This document shows, one piece after another, positions 28,272 through 39,951 of a stretch of 64,000 nucleotides of DNA. How positions within the stretch are numbered: position 1 is the first letter of the stretch; each line of letters opens with the position of its first letter. A program made the position numbers and the translations under genes. The stretch is from NCBI GenBank assembly GCA_017470645.1, contig JAFUYJ010000001.1, positions 16,091 through 80,090 on the forward strand. The letters run 5' to 3'. Origin of the DNA: Clostridia bacterium (GTDB lineage Bacteria; Bacillota; Clostridia; TANB77; CAG-508). The notes below the pieces were generated by a model, which saw nothing but the letters and a program-made list of their open reading frames with translations, was not told where the DNA came from and ran no database searches.

Positions 28272-30554
28272 CTAATGTGATCCAGAATCTAATTCTTCTT
28301 GAAGAGTAATAGTGATAACGCTTCCTTCTTCAACTTTAGTTCCAGCAATTGGGTCTTGACTAACAACTTTACCAGAACCTACTATTTTTACATTTAGATT
28401 TTTATTTAATAATGTATTTTTTGCTTTAATTCCTGTAAGTCCTTTTACACTTGGTACTTCTACAGAAATTCTATCTGAATTTTTGTTTGAATATAGTTTT
28501 ACAACAGCACCATTTACTAATTGAGTACCAGGTTTTGGAACCTGCTCTGAAACGATTGAATCAGCTGCTGCTGATGTGTCATATTTAAATCCGGCATCTT
28601 CTAATATTTTTTGAGCTTGAGCCACTGTTTTATTTTTTACATCAGGTAATGACTTTGTTTGTAAGCTATTGTAAGAGTCTGTTGGAGTCGTTGTTATAGT
28701 TGTATCATTTGAAGGAATTTCCATATATGGTAATACTTCAGATAGAACTTGTGCAACAACAGGAGCTGCAATTTGACCACCATAATTGTTACTTTCGTCT
28801 GGGTCATATAATGTTAATAATACTGCAACTTTAGTGTTTTCAACCGGCGCAATTGCTAAGAAAGATGCGACATAACCTTCTTCTTCTTTTCCAGGTGATG
28901 GTTCAGATGTCCCTGTTTTTCCACCTATGTTATAACCTTTAACTTGTCCATATCTACCGCCACCTTCAACAACAACAGATTCCATCATACTTCTAACTTG
29001 TTCAGCTGTTTCACTTGAAACAACTTGTCTAACTGCTTGAGGTTCAACAGTTGTTACTGTTCCAGTGTCTGTGTTTTCTATCGATTTAACAATTCTAGGT
29101 TGCATTAAAACACCATCATTAGCAATAGCACAAACAGATGTAATCATTTGAAGAGGGGTAATTGTAAATCTTTGACCGAATGAAATTGTAGCTAGTTCAA
29201 CAGGTCCAACATTATCTATAGTATGGAATGATCCAACTGCTTCACCAGAAGTTGCAATTCCTGTTTTATCAAATAAGCCAAAGGCATCAAAGTACTTGTA
29301 CATTGTTTCTTTACCAATTTTTGCACCAAGTTGCATGAATGCAGGGTTACATGAATGCTCTAAAGCTTCCCTAAGTGACTGATATCCATGACCGGAAGTT
29401 TTAGCACACTTAATTTTAGTTCCATAAATATCTTGGTATCCTATACAAGAGAATATACCAGGAGTATCTGTTTCTACTAAGTTTTCCTCTAAAGCAATAG
29501 CTGATACTAATACTTTGAAAACTGAACCGGGTTCATATGTATTTGAAACAGCTGGATTCCTCCACATATTTTGTAACGCAGCACTTTTTGCAGTTTGTGA
29601 TAATCCGTCCCAGTCTTTTGACATACTTTCATTAGGTGAAAAAGGTGCATTTAGGTCATAATCTGGGTAGGATGCCATTGCAAGAATATCTCCAGTTGAA
29701 GGATCCATAACAATAATATTTCCTCCACGTCCACAGTTATTATCTGCAACTGCTTGTTTTAGATATTTTTCTGCAATTGTTTGAATATTATAATCTATAG
29801 TTAGTGTAATATTACTTCCGTTTTGAGCAGGTATATAGTTTTCGTTATCATTTAATATTATATCTTGAGCTGCATCTTGAGAAGTGGTTATTTTACCTGG
29901 AGTTCCTGTTAAAACTGAGTTCCAGTAATACTCTAAACCAGCTAAACCTTGGTTATCATCACCACAAAAGCCAATTAAGTTTGATGCTAAATTGCTGTAA
30001 TAATAATATCTCTTTGTATCTGTATCTATATTAATTCCTGCATAGATTTTATTTTCGTCCATCCAATCTTTTAATTTATTGATTTTATCTTCTTCAACTT
30101 TCTTTGCAATTGTTTGAATAGAACTATTACTTATAACTTTGTTATGAACTTCTTCATAATCTAATTCAAAAATTTCAGAAAATGCTTTAGATACTTTTTC
30201 TTGAAGATTAACAGTTTCTTCAGGAGAATCTTCTACAATGAATTTTTGAGGATTTATTGTAACAGTATCAACATTAGCACTTATCGCTAAAGGTTTTCCT
30301 GTTGAATCATAAATTGATCCTCTGTTTGGACTTATAATTCTGCTAGTGGTTTGCTGTTTTGTAGCTGCTTCTTTTAATGAGGCACCTTGTACAAATTGCA
30401 ACCAGCCAATCCTAAAAACAAGAGTAAACATCAAAACAACTAATAAAACAGTAAGTCCAAGCAGCCTTGTAGGTTTATTATATTTTGTTGATGTATCTTT
30501 TTTTTCTCTATTATATGTTTTTCTCACATTCTTTTTTCTATTGTTCGAAGCCAT
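28272..30554 (-). CDS. class B penicillin-binding protein (PBP2B/SpoVD-like) with two C-terminal PASTA domains
   Basis: N-terminal TM anchor and dimerisation domain. Transpeptidase motifs SVFK, SCN and KTG. C-terminal PASTA repeats. Confidence 0.85.
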   Translation of the reverse strand: MASNNRKKNVRKTYNREKKDTSTKYNKPTRLLGLTVLLVVLMFTLVFRIGWLQFVQGASLKEAATKQQTTSRIISPNRGSIYDSTGKPLAISANVDTVTINPQKFIVEDSPEETVNLQEKVSKAFSEIFELDYEEVHNKVISNSSIQTIAKKVEEDKINKLKDWMDENKIYAGINIDTDTKRYYYYSNLASNLIGFCGDDNQGLAGLEYYWNSVLTGTPGKITTSQDAAQDIILNDNENYIPAQNGSNITLTIDYNIQTIAEKYLKQAVADNNCGRGGNIIVMDPSTGDILAMASYPDYDLNAPFSPNESMSKDWDGLSQTAKSAALQNMWRNPAVSNTYEPGSVFKVLVSAIALEENLVETDTPGIFSCIGYQDIYGTKIKCAKTSGHGYQSLREALEHSCNPAFMQLGAKIGKETMYKYFDAFGLFDKTGIATSGEAVGSFHTIDNVGPVELATISFGQRFTITPLQMITSVCAIANDGVLMQPRIVKSIENTDTGTVTTVEPQAVRQVVSSETAEQVRSMMESVVVEGGGRYGQVKGYNIGGKTGTSEPSPGKEEEGYVASFLAIAPVENTKVAVLLTLYDPDESNNYGGQIAAPVVAQVLSEVLPYMEIPSNDTTITTTPTDSYNSLQTKSLPDVKNKTVAQAQKILEDAGFKYDTSAAADSIVSEQVPKPGTQLVNGAVVKLYSNKNSDRISVEVPSVKGLTGIKAKNTLLNKNLNVKIVGSGKVVSQDPIAGTKVEEGSVITITLQEELDSGSH

Positions 30555-30693
30555 ATTTCACCATCTTTTCTTATAGTTTAATATCAAAAATATTGTATAT
30601 TAAGAGTATATAAAAGTCAAGAATAAAGGTTTAAAAATATGGGAATGTATGATATAATATAGCTATAATTATAAAATATTAAGGAGATAAGTT

Positions 30694-31992
30694 ATGAGTA
30701 TTTTAATAAAAAATGCCACTCTAATTTCAATGGATAATACAAGAGAAAAAATCGAGAAAAACGTTGATATTTTAATAGAAAATAGTAGCATAGTAAAAAT
30801 AGAGAAAAATATTGATTTAGAGAATAAATCTGAATTACAGACAATAGACGCAACTAATAAAGTAGTAATACCTGGATTGATAAATACTCACGCTCATGTT
30901 CCAATGAGTATTTTCAGGGAAACTGTGGATGGATATAACATGCAAGATTGGTTAGAAAAAAAGATATGGCCGATGGAAGATAATTTAACTAAAGAAGATA
31001 TTTATTATGCTTCACTTTTATCTTTTATTGAAATGGTAGAAACTGGTTGTACAACCATAAATGATATGTATTATATGACAGAAGATAGTATAAAGGCTAT
31101 GAAAGATGTGGGAATAAGATTGCAAACAACTAGAACTCTTACAGATATCCCAACAGATGAATCTGGGGATAAAAGGATTGATGAATTACTAAAACTTTTA
31201 AGTGAATACAAAAATTTTGATGAAAAGCTAACTTTTAATCTTGGAATTCATGGATTGTATACAGCAAAAGAGAAATATTTGAAAAAATGTTTACAAGTAG
31301 CTGTTAATGAAGATTTACCAATTCATATGCATTTTTGTGAAAATAATAAAGAAGTTGATGATATAAGAAAATTATACAACAAGGAACCTATAGAAGTTTT
31401 AAAAGAATACTTTATGGGTAAAAAAACTTTGTTGGCGCATGCTGTTAAATTAGATAAACAAGATATAGAATCAATAAAAGATATGAATATTAGTATTGCT
31501 CATTGTCCTATAAGTAATTTAAAGCTTGGATGTGGAATTGCCAATATAGAAAAAATGATTGAATGTGGAATAAATGTGTCTTTAGGAACAGATGGACAGG
31601 GTAGTGGATGTAGTTTGGATATGTTTGAAACCATGAAGTTTGCTGCATTACTACAAAAGGGAATATATGAAGATGCTAAATGCATGAATGCATATGATGT
31701 TTTAAAAATGGCAACCATAAATGGTGCAAAGGCATTAGGTTTGGAGAAAAATATAGGAAGCATAAGTGAAGGTAAAAAAGCGGATATAATAATTATAGAT
31801 TTAAATAGGACAAAATCAAATCCAGAAAACAACTTGATTTCACAAATAGTATATAACACAACAGGAGAGGATGTAGATACAACTATAATTAATGGAAGGG
31901 TTTTGATGGAGAATAAAAGATTGAAAATAGATATCAACAAAAATGAATTATTTAAAAAATGTGAAGAAATTATTTTGAGAATATCTAAATAG
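30694..31992 (+). CDS. mtaD: 5-methylthioadenosine/S-adenosylhomocysteine deaminase (amidohydrolase family)
   Basis: PGLINTHAHVPMS metal-binding motif. Length and motifs fit an MtaD/TrzA-type amidohydrolase. Confidence 0.75.
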   Translation: MSILIKNATLISMDNTREKIEKNVDILIENSSIVKIEKNIDLENKSELQTIDATNKVVIPGLINTHAHVPMSIFRETVDGYNMQDWLEKKIWPMEDNLTKEDIYYASLLSFIEMVETGCTTINDMYYMTEDSIKAMKDVGIRLQTTRTLTDIPTDESGDKRIDELLKLLSEYKNFDEKLTFNLGIHGLYTAKEKYLKKCLQVAVNEDLPIHMHFCENNKEVDDIRKLYNKEPIEVLKEYFMGKKTLLAHAVKLDKQDIESIKDMNISIAHCPISNLKLGCGIANIEKMIECGINVSLGTDGQGSGCSLDMFETMKFAALLQKGIYEDAKCMNAYDVLKMATINGAKALGLEKNIGSISEGKKADIIIIDLNRTKSNPENNLISQIVYNTTGEDVDTTIINGRVLMENKRLKIDINKNELFKKCEEIILRISK

Positions 31993-32091
31993 ATAATAAT
32001 ATGTAAAACATGCGAAACAAATGTTGAAATATTGAAAATTTTAACAAAATATGTTATAATTTATAAAATATTTTTATAAGGGGGACCTAAC

Positions 32092-32361
32092 ATGTTTTTA
32101 CCAATTGTCTGGTCAGCAAACCGGAAACCTATGAATGTTGTAGAGATAAGAGCTGAAAGCATGGAAGAAATAGCTGAAAATATAATGGTAAATGAAATAC
32201 TGAGTTATATTGAGGCTTCTCGACAATTTAAAGGTGTTCCTTGTCAGAGAGAACAAGATAGTAATAGTAAATTCAAAGTTACTGTCTTGTGTGACTTGAT
32301 TTTCCCAAATGAACAAGCTTGCAAAGCTTTTATGATGTTCTTAAGGGATAATCTTTGTTAA
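32092..32361 (+). CDS. small hypothetical protein
   Basis: 89 aa with a strong RBS aaggggga. No motifs I recognise. A terminator-like hairpin with a T-tract follows. Confidence 0.45.
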   Translation: MFLPIVWSANRKPMNVVEIRAESMEEIAENIMVNEILSYIEASRQFKGVPCQREQDSNSKFKVTVLCDLIFPNEQACKAFMMFLRDNLC

Positions 32362-32515
32362 AACAAAAAAGAGTGTTGTGTTGCAATGCTCTTTTATTTT
32401 TTTGAAATAAATTTATTCTCTAATCTATTGCTTTTAGGCAAATTTTGATATATTATAAATCTATAAATTTTGGAGAAAAGTTAAAGCTTTTTTCTGTGAA
32501 CGAAAGGTGAAAAAA

Positions 32516-35500
32516 ATGTACTTAAAAAGACTAGAATTACAAGGATTTAAATCATTTGCAGATAAAACTGTATTAGAATTCAAACCAGGAATAACATCAG
32601 TAATAGGACCAAACGGTTCAGGAAAAAGTAATATTTCAGATAGTATTAGATGGGTACTTGGAGAACAAAGTATGAAATCACTAAGAGGTGCTAAATCTGA
32701 AGATATTATTTTCAATGGAACTCAAAATAGAAAGTCTTTAGGTTTTGCTGAAGCATCTATTATTATTGATAATTCTGACGGTTCACTTCCAATTGAATAC
32801 AACGAAGTTACAGTAACAAGAAAAATTTACAGAAGCGGAGAAAGTGGTTATTTTATAAATAAAGTACCATGCAGATTAAAAGATATTTTAGAACTATTTA
32901 TGGATACTGGTATTGGTAAAGATGGATACTCAATTATAGGACAAGGAAAAATTGATGAAATTTTAAGTAATAAATCAGAAGACAGAAGACATATATTTGA
33001 GGAAGCTGCTGGAATTGTTAAGTATAGGGTTAGAAAGGGAGAGTCTGAGAAAAAACTTGAACAGACTAAACTTAATTTATTAAGAATCAACGATATATTA
33101 ACAGAAATTGAAGCAAATTTGGACCCTTTAAAAATGCAATCTGAGAAGGCAAGACAATTTTTGGATTTAAGGGAAGAACTAAAGAATATTGAGGTTGGAT
33201 TATTCTTATATAACATAGATAATTATAAGGAAAAGCTAGAACAAATAGTTAAAGACGAAGACATAATGGCATCTCAAAGAGATGATGAAACATCAAAATT
33301 AGAGAATAAACAAAAAGTAAAAGAAGATTTAAAAACAGAAATAGATAAAATTACAGCAGAAATTGAAAGTGTTCAAAATTTAAGTTTTGAAGCTACAAAT
33401 AAAATTGAAAAATTGAATACTGAGATTGGAATAGCAAATGAAAGAATTTCAAATAACAAAGCAAATGATGAGAGATTAAAAAAAGAAATTGAAGAAGTAA
33501 AAAATAGAATAAAAGAATTAGAAGAAGAGAAGAATCAAAAGTTAGAAAAGAAAAACAACATCTTTTCTAATAAAGAAAAATTTGAAAATGAGTTAAAAGA
33601 AAAGGAAGCAGAACTTGCTAAATTAACTGAAAAATTATCTTCTAAAGAATTAGAAATAGAAGAGAAAAAACAAAAGGTTGAAAAGAACACAGATACTAAA
33701 TATGAGATTGGAAATGAAATAAGCACACTAGAAGCGAATTTTGAAAACTATGAAAAAAGAGAAAAAACTTTAAAAACAGAAATTACTGAAACTATATCTG
33801 AATTAGACAGTTCAAGAAGCGATAAACAAGAAATTTCAAAAGGATACTTTGACATTGAAGGAAAGAAAAATAAGGTCTTAGCAGAAATAGAAAAAATAGC
33901 TAATGAAAAAGCTGAAGCTACTAATAAAATAAAAGAATATGAAGAAGAAATAAATAGGATTACATATGATATTAGAATGAAAGATTCAAGATGCAAATTC
34001 TTAGTAGAGACTGAAAAAGAAAAAGAAGGATACACAAAAAGCGTTAAATCTTTACTATTAGATTGTGATAAAAACTCTTCATTAAAATCTGGAGTTGAAG
34101 GTGTTTTAGCAAACTTAATATCAGTTGATGACAAATACCAAACTGCTATAGAAATGGCCCTAGGCGGAATTCTTCAAAATATTGTTACAGATAATGAACA
34201 AACAGCTAAAAAGCTAGTAGAACATTTGCGCAAAAACAATTTAGGAAGAGCATCATTCTTACCAATTTCATCTGTTAAAGGAAACAAAATTGATAGACTA
34301 AAATGTAACTTTGATGGATACATAGGAATTGCATCTGACTTAGTAAAATGTAATAAAAAATATGAGAATATAGTGTTGAATCTACTTGGAAGAACTGTTG
34401 TAGTTCAAGACATGGATTCTGGAATTGAGATTGCAAAAGCTAATAAATATGCATTTAGAATTGTAACATTAAAAGGTGATATCATAAGTAATTCAGGTGC
34501 AATTACAGGTGGTTCAGTAGCTACTAAAACTGTTAATATCTTGGGAAGAAGTAATGAAATTGAAAAGCTTGAAAAAGAGATAAAATCACTTAAAGCCAAA
34601 CTAGAGGAAGTTACTGCTAATAAAGAAAAATATGAAAAATCTATCTCAGGTGTAATTGAAAAATCTGAAGAATTAGACAATAAGTTAAATGAAATTAATA
34701 TAGTGTATGCAACAGAAAAACAAAAAATATTATCTATTGAAGAAGCTATAGATAAGGTTGCTGCAAGATTAGAAAAATTAAAACAAGAAAATGAAAATAT
34801 TAAACATCAAAAATCCGAGCTATTAAAAGAAAAAGAAGAAAAATTTGCTAGCATAGAGAAAATAGACAAAGAAAATAGCGAATTAAATGCTGTTATTGAA
34901 GAGTTTGCATTATTAAATAAAGATGATCAAAAATATATTGATGATTTGAATTTTGATATAACAAATTTAAGAATTTCTGTATCATCATTTGATGAGAGTG
35001 GAACTTCAATCGATGAGATGGTAGAAAGAATTGAACTTGATATTACAAATAATAATACAAGTATTGAAAATAAAGAAAAACAAATAACAGAAATTGCAAA
35101 TGAAAACACAGAACTAGAAAATAGCATTGCTAACTTTAATAACGAGATAGAAACAATTAAATCAGAAGTAGCAAATAGCACTGGAAAGGTTGATGAATTA
35201 AAAGCTTCAAGAGTTGAAAATAACAGTAAATTAGAAAAAACAGAAAAAGAAATAACCGATCAATTTTCAGTTATTGAAGGTTTAAAAGAACAACTTGTAA
35301 AAATTGATGTTAAGAAAACAAAATTTGAACAAGATTTAAAACAAGTTGTTGATAATTTGTGGGAAGAATATGAAATGACTCCAAATAGTTGCGAAAATTA
35401 TGAAAAACCAAGTAATGTTCAGGCTACACAAAAAGAAGTTAATAAATTACGTAATAAGATTCGTGATTTAGGAAGCATCAATATTGATTCAATTGAAGAA

Positions 35501-36061
35501 TACAAAAAGGCTAAAGAAAGATATGACTTTATGAGCGAGCAACGTTTAGACTTAGAAAATACACAAACAAAATTAAGAAGTGTTATTACAGAAATGACTA
35601 AAACAATGAAAACTCAGTTTGCAGAAAAATTTGCACTGATAAACAAAAACTTCAACGAAGTATTCCAAGAGTTATTTGGAGGAGGAAAAGCAGAGCTTGT
35701 ATTAGAAGATGAAGAAAATATCTTAGAGTGTGGAATTGATATTAGAGTACAACCAACAGGTAAAAAGCTTCAAAACATGATGCTTTTATCTGGTGGAGAA
35801 AAAGCGTTTACAGCTATTGCGTTATTGTTTGCAATATTAAAAATCAATCCAGCTCCATTCTGTATATTAGATGAGATTGAAGCAGCTTTGGATGACGTTA
35901 ACGTTTATAGATACGCCGATTACTTAAAGAAATTCAGCGACGAAACACAGTTCCTTGTTATCACTCACAGAAAAGGAACAATGGAAGCAGCTGATACAGT
36001 ATACGGTGTTACTATGGAAGAAAATGGTATAAGTAAATTGTTATCAATTAAGATGGCATAA
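32516..36061 (+). CDS. smc: chromosome segregation protein SMC
   Basis: Walker A GPNGSGKSN, long coiled coils, a hinge, and a C-terminal LSGGEKAFTAIALLFA / DEIEAALD signature. ATG 32516 follows aaaggtg. Confidence 0.95.
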   Translation: MYLKRLELQGFKSFADKTVLEFKPGITSVIGPNGSGKSNISDSIRWVLGEQSMKSLRGAKSEDIIFNGTQNRKSLGFAEASIIIDNSDGSLPIEYNEVTVTRKIYRSGESGYFINKVPCRLKDILELFMDTGIGKDGYSIIGQGKIDEILSNKSEDRRHIFEEAAGIVKYRVRKGESEKKLEQTKLNLLRINDILTEIEANLDPLKMQSEKARQFLDLREELKNIEVGLFLYNIDNYKEKLEQIVKDEDIMASQRDDETSKLENKQKVKEDLKTEIDKITAEIESVQNLSFEATNKIEKLNTEIGIANERISNNKANDERLKKEIEEVKNRIKELEEEKNQKLEKKNNIFSNKEKFENELKEKEAELAKLTEKLSSKELEIEEKKQKVEKNTDTKYEIGNEISTLEANFENYEKREKTLKTEITETISELDSSRSDKQEISKGYFDIEGKKNKVLAEIEKIANEKAEATNKIKEYEEEINRITYDIRMKDSRCKFLVETEKEKEGYTKSVKSLLLDCDKNSSLKSGVEGVLANLISVDDKYQTAIEMALGGILQNIVTDNEQTAKKLVEHLRKNNLGRASFLPISSVKGNKIDRLKCNFDGYIGIASDLVKCNKKYENIVLNLLGRTVVVQDMDSGIEIAKANKYAFRIVTLKGDIISNSGAITGGSVATKTVNILGRSNEIEKLEKEIKSLKAKLEEVTANKEKYEKSISGVIEKSEELDNKLNEINIVYATEKQKILSIEEAIDKVAARLEKLKQENENIKHQKSELLKEKEEKFASIEKIDKENSELNAVIEEFALLNKDDQKYIDDLNFDITNLRISVSSFDESGTSIDEMVERIELDITNNNTSIENKEKQITEIANENTELENSIANFNNEIETIKSEVANSTGKVDELKASRVENNSKLEKTEKEITDQFSVIEGLKEQLVKIDVKKTKFEQDLKQVVDNLWEEYEMTPNSCENYEKPSNVQATQKEVNKLRNKIRDLGSINIDSIEEYKKAKERYDFMSEQRLDLENTQTKLRSVITEMTKTMKTQFAEKFALINKNFNEVFQELFGGGKAELVLEDEENILECGIDIRVQPTGKKLQNMMLLSGGEKAFTAIALLFAILKINPAPFCILDEIEAALDDVNVYRYADYLKKFSDETQFLVITHRKGTMEAADTVYGVTMEENGISKLLSIKMA

Positions 36062-36070
36062 ATATAAAAA

Positions 36071-36099
36071 AAGGGATTCAAAAATGAATCCTTTTTTTT
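36071..36099 (+). terminator. rho-independent terminator after smc
   Basis: aagggattca aaaa tgaatccttt followed by T8. Confidence 0.75.
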
Positions 36100-36237
36100 A
36101 TAAATCTGGGGCTCTCAATATTTTTTTGGTATTCATGCCTGAAAAATTCTGCATGAAGCCACATTCTTTCGCTATTTAATCATATCTCTTACATTAATAG
36201 CATATATATTAATAAAGGACACAAAGGAGGATTGGTT

Positions 36238-38910
36238 ATGTGGCAAGCATTAAATTTGAGTGAGGTTAAGCAAAAATTGAAAACTAATTACCAATATGGG
36301 CTAACAAATGAAGAAGTGGACAAGCGTTTTCAAGAATGTGGAGAAAACAAGCTAGAAGACAAGCCAAAGGAAAGTTTGGTTGTTAAGTTTTTTAAACAGT
36401 TTAATGATTTCATGATAATTATTCTTATAATTGCAGCAATTGTTTCTGCATTAATTGAGAAAATGCAAGGCTCAAATGATTATTTAGATTCAATTATTAT
36501 TATTGCAATTGTTGTTTTTAATGCTATTATGGGTATTATTCAGGAAGCAAAAGCAGAAAAGTCGCTTGAGGCTTTGAAAAAAATGACTGCACCAGTTGTA
36601 AAAGTAAGAAGAGAAGGTCGAATCAGACAAATTAAAAGTAATGAATTAGTGCCAGGCGATATTGTTATTTTAGAAGCTGGAAATTTTGTGCCAGCAGATT
36701 GCAGATTGATAAGTAGTTATAATTTGAAAGCGGAGGAATCGAGCTTAACAGGTGAAACTGTTCCAGTGGAAAAAAACGCATCAATTATATTAGAGGAGAA
36801 AACAGGAATAGGTGATTGCTTTAATATGGTATTTGCAACTACAGTAATAGTAAATGGTCACGGTGAAGCGGTTGTAACCGAAACAGGAATGAATACAAAA
36901 GTTGGAAAAATTGCAAAAATGATTATTACTAATGAAGCACCAGAAACTCCTATTCAAAGAAAACTATCGGAAGTTGGAAAAACTTTAGGACTAGCATGCT
37001 TAGGAATATGCGCTTTAATATTTTTTATAGGTATAATAAAAAGAATTCCGCCAATAGAAATGTTTATGACTTCAGTAGGACTTGCAGTTGCTGCGATCCC
37101 GGAGGGACTACCTGCTATTGTAACAATAGTACTTTCAATAGGTGTAACTAAAATGGCAAAGAAAAATAGTATTATAAGAAAGCTACCTGCTGTGGAAACT
37201 TTGGGGAGCAGCAGTGTTATATGCTCTGACAAAACTGGAACGCTAACACAGAATAAAATGCAAGTTGTAGAAGTTTTAACACCAAATATAAACAGTGCAA
37301 TAAATAAAAAAGAAAAATCTAATCTTACTATAGAACTCGCAACAATGTGCACAGATGTTGAAATATCGTATGATGACGGAAAGGCAAATGTATCCGGAGA
37401 CCCAACAGAAGTTGCCATTGTAGAAGAATGTTATAAACTTGGGGTAACTAAAAAAAGCTTATATAATCAATTCGAAAGAGTAGGAGACATACCGTTTGAT
37501 TCATCAAGAAAAATGATGACAACAATACATAAAATTGGAGATAGATACAGAATAATAACTAAGGGAGCACCTGATATTTTAATAAAAAAATGTAGCAAAT
37601 ATTATTTAAATGACCAAATATCTAGTTTAGGAACATCAATAATAAGGCTAATAGAACAGCAAAATGAGAAAATGGCTGAGAAGGCCTTAAGAGTGATTGC
37701 AGTTGCATATAAAGATGTAGATGCATTACCAATTAAACTAGAAAGCAATTATGTAGAAAACGATCTAATATTTACAGGACTAATAGGAATGATAGACCCT
37801 CCTAGAGAAGGAGTAAAGGAGGCAATTGCAACGTGTAGAAAAGCAGGAATAAAAACAGTAATGATTACAGGTGACCATATTACAACAGCAAATGCAATTG
37901 CAACAGAATTAGGAATATTAAAGAAAAACGATTTATCAATAACAGGAGCGGAATTAGATAGACTGCCCAAAACAGAATTTAAAAATAATATCATGAAATA
38001 CTCTGTTTTTGCGAGGGTTACACCAGAACACAAAGTGGAGATAGTAAAAGCTTTTCAAGGAACAGGAGCAGTTGTTGCAATGACTGGGGATGGAGTAACT
38101 GATGCCCCTGCATTAAAAAATGCTGATATAGGAATTGCAATGGGACAAAACGGAACAGATGTTGCAAAAAACGCAGCAGATATGGTACTTACAGATGATA
38201 ACTTTGTTACAATAGTAGAAGCGGTAAAATACGGAAGAACAATTTTTAACAATATTAAAAAGGCAATTCACTTTTTAATAGCAACAAACGTAGGAGAAAT
38301 TGTCACAATATTTCTAGGATTATTAATAGGAATGCGATCACCATTATTAGCAATCCAGTTATTATGGATTAACTTAATAACAGATTCATTACCTGCAATA
38401 GCATTAGGCTTAGAAAATCCAGAAAAAAACATAATGTCAGAAAAACCTCGAAACCCAAAGAAAAGCATTTTTTCAGATGGATTATGGGGGCGTATTATAG
38501 TCGAAGGTTCCATGATAGGAATTCTAAACCTACTAGCATTCACAATTGGAAAAAGTTATTATGGATTAGAAGTTGGAAGGACAATGGCATTTATTTCACT
38601 AGGACTATCAGAATTAATACACAGCTTCAACATAAGAAGTGAAGAATCAATCTTTAAAGCAGGATTATTTGAAAACAAATACTTAATCATGGCTTTTTTA
38701 GGTGGAGCTTTCTTACAAACCATAGTGGCAGTAGTACCGCAATTTGCGCAAATATTTAAACTAACAAATTTAACAGGAAAGCAATGGCTATACACAATAG
38801 GAATATCATTCACACCAATAATATTAATCGAAATACAAAAATTTGTAAATCAATTAAAATTCGGAAAAATAATAAGAAAAGAAAACACAAACAAAGCAAT
38901 CACAGCATAA
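36238..38910 (+). CDS. P-type cation-transporting ATPase, Ca2+-ATPase (type IIA/IIB)-like
   Basis: DKTGTLT phosphorylation site, TGES, MITGD, GDGVTDAPAL and 10 TM helices. ATG 36238 follows aaaggagg. Confidence 0.9.
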   Translation: MWQALNLSEVKQKLKTNYQYGLTNEEVDKRFQECGENKLEDKPKESLVVKFFKQFNDFMIIILIIAAIVSALIEKMQGSNDYLDSIIIIAIVVFNAIMGIIQEAKAEKSLEALKKMTAPVVKVRREGRIRQIKSNELVPGDIVILEAGNFVPADCRLISSYNLKAEESSLTGETVPVEKNASIILEEKTGIGDCFNMVFATTVIVNGHGEAVVTETGMNTKVGKIAKMIITNEAPETPIQRKLSEVGKTLGLACLGICALIFFIGIIKRIPPIEMFMTSVGLAVAAIPEGLPAIVTIVLSIGVTKMAKKNSIIRKLPAVETLGSSSVICSDKTGTLTQNKMQVVEVLTPNINSAINKKEKSNLTIELATMCTDVEISYDDGKANVSGDPTEVAIVEECYKLGVTKKSLYNQFERVGDIPFDSSRKMMTTIHKIGDRYRIITKGAPDILIKKCSKYYLNDQISSLGTSIIRLIEQQNEKMAEKALRVIAVAYKDVDALPIKLESNYVENDLIFTGLIGMIDPPREGVKEAIATCRKAGIKTVMITGDHITTANAIATELGILKKNDLSITGAELDRLPKTEFKNNIMKYSVFARVTPEHKVEIVKAFQGTGAVVAMTGDGVTDAPALKNADIGIAMGQNGTDVAKNAADMVLTDDNFVTIVEAVKYGRTIFNNIKKAIHFLIATNVGEIVTIFLGLLIGMRSPLLAIQLLWINLITDSLPAIALGLENPEKNIMSEKPRNPKKSIFSDGLWGRIIVEGSMIGILNLLAFTIGKSYYGLEVGRTMAFISLGLSELIHSFNIRSEESIFKAGLFENKYLIMAFLGGAFLQTIVAVVPQFAQIFKLTNLTGKQWLYTIGISFTPIILIEIQKFVNQLKFGKIIRKENTNKAITA

Positions 38911-38957
38911 TTCAATATCTTTCGCGGCTAATTGCAAAAAGTGTAACTGAAAAACTC

Positions 38958-38986
38958 TTGACATAACCACTCATTATCTATATAAT
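38958..38986 (+). promoter_or_regulatory. consensus sigma-A promoter upstream of pyrB
   Basis: TTGACA (38958-38963), a 17-nt spacer, then TATAAT (38981-38986). Confidence 0.55.
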
Positions 38987-39026
38987 GTCACAAAATGTCG
39001 AAAGACAAAACAGGAGGATATTATAT

Positions 39027-39932
39027 ATGAAAAATGTAATAAGCTGTGATCAATTTACAAAAGAAGATTTAAAAGAAATATTTGACTTAGCAGATGTAGT
39101 AAGAGCCAATCCAGAAAAGTACATGAATGCTTTAAATGGAAAGGTTGTTACTACTCTTTTTTTTGAACCAAGCACCAGAACAAGACTATCATTTGAAACA
39201 GCAGTTGTAAGATTAGGAGGAAGATTAGTTTCAACAGAAAATGGAAAAACAAACTCATCATCAACCAAAGGCGAAACCTTAGAAGATACAATTAGAGTAG
39301 TAACCGGATACACAGATGCAATAGTAATGCGCCACTCATTTAATGATGCTGCAGAAAGAGCAGCAAAGATAGCTACAGTGCCAGTAATTAATGCAGGAAG
39401 TGGAAAAGGAGAACATCCTACTCAAAGCTTATTAGATGCATATACTATAAGAAGAGAAAAAGGAAGATTAGATAACCTAAAAATAGCAATCTTAGGAGAT
39501 TTAATAAATGGAAGAACAATTCATTCATTAATTAAATTATTTGGAAGATATGAAAATATAGAATTTTATGCACTTTCAAAAGAAAATTTGGCATTACCAG
39601 AAAAATATGTTAAAATAATTGAAGAAACTGGTAATAAATATTTTAAATGTAATTCGTTTGAGGATATTCCTAAAGATGTTGATGTAATGTATCATACAAG
39701 AATTCAAGCAGAGAGATGTGATGAAGATTTAGGAAAAGAAGAATTTATAATTAACAAAAAAGTATTAAACCAATTTTCAGAAGATACTATAGTGTTACAT
39801 CCATTACCAAGAGTAGATGAGATTGCAACAGATATCGATAATGATAAAAGAGCAATGTTTTTTAAACAAGCTCATAACGGAATGTGGGTAAGAATGGCGT
39901 TGTTACTTAAGGTGTTTGAAGAGGAAAAATAA
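39027..39932 (+). CDS. pyrB: aspartate carbamoyltransferase catalytic subunit
   Basis: STRTRLSFE, HPTQSLLD and HPLPR motifs. ATG 39027 follows RBS aggagg. No pyrI follows. Confidence 0.85.
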   Translation: MKNVISCDQFTKEDLKEIFDLADVVRANPEKYMNALNGKVVTTLFFEPSTRTRLSFETAVVRLGGRLVSTENGKTNSSSTKGETLEDTIRVVTGYTDAIVMRHSFNDAAERAAKIATVPVINAGSGKGEHPTQSLLDAYTIRREKGRLDNLKIAILGDLINGRTIHSLIKLFGRYENIEFYALSKENLALPEKYVKIIEETGNKYFKCNSFEDIPKDVDVMYHTRIQAERCDEDLGKEEFIINKKVLNQFSEDTIVLHPLPRVDEIATDIDNDKRAMFFKQAHNGMWVRMALLLKVFEEEK

Positions 39933-39951
39933 TTATAAGAGGTGATTTTCC